Shown piece after piece: positions 24,746-28,576 of a stretch of DNA of 28,576 bases. The translations under genes were made by a program, and so were the position numbers. A model generated the notes under the pieces. The model made no database searches. It was given only the letters and a program-made list of their open reading frames with translations, and was not told where the DNA came from. Source of the DNA: Mollicutes bacterium (GTDB lineage: Bacteria; Bacillota_I; Bacilli_A; Izemoplasmatales; Izemoplasmataceae); assembly GCA_003551405.1 (NCBI GenBank), contig PUMO01000174.1, positions 1 to 28,576 on the forward strand, read 5' to 3'. Every line of letters starts with the position of its first letter. The first letter of the stretch is position 1.

Positions 24746-26250
24746 ATGAAAAAAGTAAGTGTAATTGGGGCTGGTGTTGCGGGGCTTGCCAGCGCATGCC
24801 GCTTGCAGGCCAGTGGCTATGAAGTGACTGTGTATGAAAAAATGCCATTCCAGGTGGCAAAATGCATCAAATTAAAAAAGATGGGTATACGTATGATGTA
24901 GGGCCTACGCTGGTGATGATGCCTGAAGTGTATGAAGATGTATTCAAATTCGCGAACAAGAACCCAGAGGATTATATCACCATGCACCGTCTTGAACCGA
25001 TGTATAGCGTGTATTTTGACCGTGAAACGCTTGCACACTATGACGTGAGCAGCGACTTGGTTAAACTGAATGCAATGCTTGAAGCAAGGCGTCCCCAGGC
25101 CGCGCAAGGGTTTTATCAATACCTCAGTGAGATATATAAACGCTATCAAGTTGCCCTCAACCATTTCATACGCCGGCCGTTTAGAAGTTACCGTGATATT
25201 TATAACCCGTTCATGTTGAAACAAGCGTATAAACTTAAGACGTTTGGCAGTGCTGAGAAGATGATGAATAAGTATATTAAGGACCGCGACATTGCACAGA
25301 TGTTTTCGTTTCAGACGCTTTATATTGGTGTATCTCCTCAAAAAGGGCCTTCTCTTTATAACATTATTCCGATGATTGAACTGCTTTATGGGGTGTGGAC
25401 CATCAAAGGGGGCATGCATGCTATGGCCCGCGGGATGGAACAATTACTAAAAGACCTTGGTGGGTCGGTCAAATACAATCAGACGGTTGAAGAAATACTT
25501 ATAGACAATAAACAAACCCAGGGAATCAAGGTGAATGGTCAAACCATTAAGAGTGACTATGTTGTGTCTAATGCAGACTTTCCTTATACCATGAAACATT
25601 TGATTCATGACGTTAAGGCCAAAGGGAAATATACAGATAAAAACATTGATAACATGGATTATTCATGTTCATGCTTAATATTTTACTGGGGCATGGACAA
25701 GTCCTATGACCTGCCGATGCATACATTCATTGTTTCAAAAGATCTCGACACCAATCTCAAACAAATCTTTAATGGTGAGTTCATTGACGATGCGTCTATT
25801 TATTTGAGCATTCCCTCAAAAGGGGATTCAGATATGGCCCCCAAAGATAAAGACGGATTTTATGTGTTGATTCCAGTGAGTGAACTTTCTACTGTAAAAT
25901 ATGCCTATGATGATACGGTGATTGATGCTTATAAAGAAAATGCCCTTAAAAAAATTGAGCGCTTACCAGGGTGTGACAATGTTCGAAGTGAAATCGTCAG
26001 TGAAAGCATCTATACACCGTATGACTTCAAAGAAAAATTCAACGCCTATAATGGTGCAACGTTTGGGTTGCAGCCGACGCTCAGGCAGAGTAATCACTGG
26101 CGCCCTCAAGCCAAGTCAAAGACTGTTGAAGGGCTTTATTTTACCGGTTCATCAACCCATCCGGGTGCGGGTGTGCCGATTGTCCTTGAAAGCGGAAAAA
26201 TATGTGCAGAAGAACTGCGCCGTGACGAACCATCCGATGGCTTTACATAA
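24746..26250 (+). pseudogene. crtN: Phytoene desaturase family, CrtN-like (4,4'-diapophytoene desaturase), frameshifted at A6 run 24837-24842
   Basis: ATG 24746 gives MKKVSVIGAGVAGLASA (GxGxxG)...YEK. One extra A gives NAIPGGKMHQIKKDGYTYDVGPT, continuing FQTLYIG.SP..GPSLY.IIPMIE...GLYFTGSSTHPGAGVPIVLESG. Rejoined length is 501 aa. Confidence 0.8.
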
Positions 26251-26413
26251 AAAAGAAACACGCCGTAACAGGGGATGGGGGCCGGCGTGTTCCTATGTTA
26301 TACGTGTAGGACATACGTTCTCAATAATAAAACAATTAAACCCTTTATTTTATTGGTAAAATCCTTAAATTTATAAAATCGACAAGACTTGCACATATAT
26401 CATGAGGCGAACT

Positions 26414-27290
26414 ATGGAAACAATGGTTCTTTATCCGCTGGATTTATCGTTTGTTAAGGACGACGCATTTGTGAGCCGGTTCATTCAGTATCATGTTGAA
26501 AATACCGGCGAATCCTTGAAAGATGTCCTGGATTCTATCAGGATTGCTTATACATCATATGCTTACGCACGAACAAACGGTTTTTTAAATTCTAAAAAAG
26601 TGCTTAGTGCTAGGGTTGATTATTTTAATTTATCGCTTGAAACTGATGAATTATGATACGTAATATTTTTTTCGAAAAACTGAATATTATTTTCATTCGC
26701 ATAAAGATGATGAAGCCATTGCGCTCATCAGTAAATATAATCACCTTGATTCTTACGTGAATGAACGATTAAAGACGATGGGCTCTTTTGATTTATATAC
26801 ATTGTATACAATTGATGAGAATTTATCACGTGCGCTTTCTGTGATGGAAAAGGGTTATGATCTGTGTTTTGAATATTACAATGTTGATCGTCTCAAAGCC
26901 ATCCGCCAAAATCGGACGGCCCTCCTTTTTAATCAAGGGGACTATGAAGAAGCCCTTGTGAATAGGAGAGGTGATTTGCTTTTTAATTGTCGCTGTGACA
27001 TTCAGGAAAAAAGACGTATTTTAAAATCATGCTTGTCATCATTGTGTTTTCATTGATTAAATTGAACTGATTTGAAGAGGGTGAAAAATTTTTTGAACAC
27101 GGGCTTAAAAATTACTACGGCCAAGCCTTGTTTTTTTAAGGCTTTCGCCCAATATAAGCGTTCGGATGAAACTGGCGTCAATCAGGTCCGTACGGTGCAA
27201 AAAAAGTTGAATGCAAACGGTCAAGAGTTTACTGATCATAATTGCGGAATATATGAATGAATTGAAATGCTTATGAACAAATAGAAAAGT
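26414..27290 (+). pseudogene. Decayed helical-repeat (TPR-like) protein gene with several stops and frameshifts
   Basis: Consecutive same-strand fragments: METMVLYP...ETDEL*, TEYYFHSHKDDEAIALI...ALLFNQGDYEEAL, LIKLN*FEEGEKFFEHG. TPR-like Y/F-EEA motifs. 3' limit is uncertain. Confidence 0.5.
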
Positions 27291-27533
27291 GCAATGCAAA
27301 CCTTTGGATCAAAACTCAAACCTTACCGGTATGAATGGGTTAATCATTACAACCGATTTCCTTAATTATTGGAATAGGAGTATATTGTTTATCTTAAAGC
27401 GACGGGGCAATTATATTGATGTGCTTGATAGGTGAACGGTCACTTCCCTTAAACGATGTATTTTATGTAACATTCATGTGTGGTTTCGTTTATTGAAATA
27501 CGATAAATTATTAAAAGTTGGTGAAATGCAAAC

Positions 27534-28576
27534 ATGGTAAAGATTATTATGCTTTTGATTGGTGTGTTATGGATTGGTAGTGGATGTGAGTCTTCGTATT
27601 CGGTTGAATTTGACACGGGCAACGGGGAACCCATGGAATCTCAAACTTTTTCTTCGGGTGAGACGCTTACCCTTGAAGCACCGCAAAAAGAAGACGCTTA
27701 CTTTTTAGGGTGGGAGCGTTCAGGTGATTCAACCCTTTATGGTGCAGCTGATACGGTTGAAGTCACAGAGGACATGGTGTTTAACGCTGTTTATGAACCC
27801 TATGAAGCGGTGTTTTCCTATACTGTCATTGAAAATGCCGATACGCGCGATACAGTGCGATTGGACAGTTATAAAGGGGAACAAACATCGATTGATCTTC
27901 CGTTGTCCATTGAAGGCTATCCGGTAAGCCGCCTTGCGTCTTACATGTTTGAAGACAGTGATGTTGAAAGTGTGCGTGTGCCAAAAACAGTGCGTCACCT
28001 TGCCAACTTTCCATTTTCCAAAGCGCAGTCTTTAAGGGAAGTATCCTTTTACGGTGAATTTGGCGGCGAGCAAAAACGTGTGCTTCCCAGTGACGAGGTT
28101 TATGCGTATTTAGAAGACACATCACAATGTGGAGACGTTGATATTGACGCGGACATCACTCAAAAATCCTTTCCAGATGATTGTCCTATTTTGGATGTTT
28201 TTAAGAAAACCGACACCGTCACTGGTCCTGATGGGAATCTTTATTACTCTTATGACGTTGTGGTCAATGTAAAGCACCATTATGAACGCGCTGATTACCG
28301 AATAGGTCTTGATGGTTTCAGCGCTTCAAACGTCGAAACCATGCATTTACATGAACGTTTCGGTTACATCGATCCCCAGGCATTTAAAGAGACGCCGAAT
28401 TTAGAAGATGTACATATTTCAAAAAACAATCCATATTATCAAAGTGTGGATGGCGTACTTTATGATGAAGAATCAAACAATTTGCACACTCTCCCCGGCA
28501 ACAAGGATATTGAAACCTTACATATGCCATCTCATATAGTTGGGCTCATGCCTGGGGCGCTTTCATATAACCCTAA
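27534..28576 (+). CDS. Surface lipoprotein with InlB B-repeat-like domain and BspA-type leucine-rich repeats; 3' end runs off the window
   Basis: Frame is open from ATG 27534 to the window end: MVKIIMLLIGVLWIGSGC, YSVEFDTGNGEPM...APQKEDAYFLGW, LPLSIEGYPV..LASYMF...VRVPKTV, IDPQAFKETPNL...NNPYYQSVDGVLY. Absent from the ORF track because it has no stop. Confidence 0.82.
   Translation, partial: MVKIIMLLIGVLWIGSGCESSYSVEFDTGNGEPMESQTFSSGETLTLEAPQKEDAYFLGWERSGDSTLYGAADTVEVTEDMVFNAVYEPYEAVFSYTVIENADTRDTVRLDSYKGEQTSIDLPLSIEGYPVSRLASYMFEDSDVESVRVPKTVRHLANFPFSKAQSLREVSFYGEFGGEQKRVLPSDEVYAYLEDTSQCGDVDIDADITQKSFPDDCPILDVFKKTDTVTGPDGNLYYSYDVVVNVKHHYERADYRIGLDGFSASNVETMHLHERFGYIDPQAFKETPNLEDVHISKNNPYYQSVDGVLYDEESNNLHTLPGNKDIETLHMPSHIVGLMPGALSYNP

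Noticed and set aside
24817-25443. 208-aa antisense ORF
   Set aside because: Shadow of the crtN-like gene, with no RBS or recognisable motif
26257-26291. GC-rich hairpin after crtN
   Set aside because: 17-nt loop and no U-tract, so it is not convincingly a terminator or ncRNA
26654-27070. In-frame TGA codons suggesting UGA=Trp (code 4) or selenocysteine recoding
   Set aside because: Intact genes here end in TGA (both hydC, hydB2) and use TGG for Trp. The region also needs frameshifts, so decay explains it better.
1-28576. CRISPR arrays, IS elements, prophage, rRNA
   Set aside because: No regularly spaced repeats, transposase or integrase motifs, or rRNA-like sequence seen. The two hyd operons are divergent paralogs, not a recent duplication.

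Overview
Chromosomal metabolic region from an anaerobic fermentative bacterium that uses the standard bacterial code (TGA is a stop, Trp is TGG, AGGAGG-type RBSs). GC is roughly 40% by eye. The lipoprotein style suggests Bacillota/Mycoplasmatota, Izemoplasmatales/Acholeplasma-like (inference only). The centre (4.2-13.3 kb) holds two adjacent trimeric [FeFe]-hydrogenase operons (hydC-hydB-hydA), each preceded by its own Crp/Fnr-family regulator gene. HydB of the first operon is short and has complex-I-like, non-bifurcating signatures. HydB of the second has bifurcating signatures but lacks the usual Zn-hinge ligands. Both regulator genes share the same upstream layout: an extended -10, then a GTAAC-N4-GTTAC-type palindrome abutting the RBS. 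Flanking genes include PfpI, DUF2161, flavodoxin, a NitT/TauT-type SBP plus permease with no ATPase, L-LDH, a degenerate PD-(D/E)XK protein, a cytochrome-b5 lipoprotein plus NOX/ferric-reductase-like pair, an ADP-ribosylglycohydrolase-fold protein with Asp-to-Gln changes, DUF1295, an XRE regulator with a membrane protein, a DAACS symporter, and a partial InlB-repeat/LRR lipoprotein. Three genes are split by single frameshifts that map best to short A-runs (a hypothetical, a plsY-like gene, crtN), and one TPR-like gene is heavily decayed. I found no rRNA, tRNA, CRISPR or mobile element. Several starts were moved from the ORF track to RBS-supported positions. All family calls are from motif recognition, not database searches.
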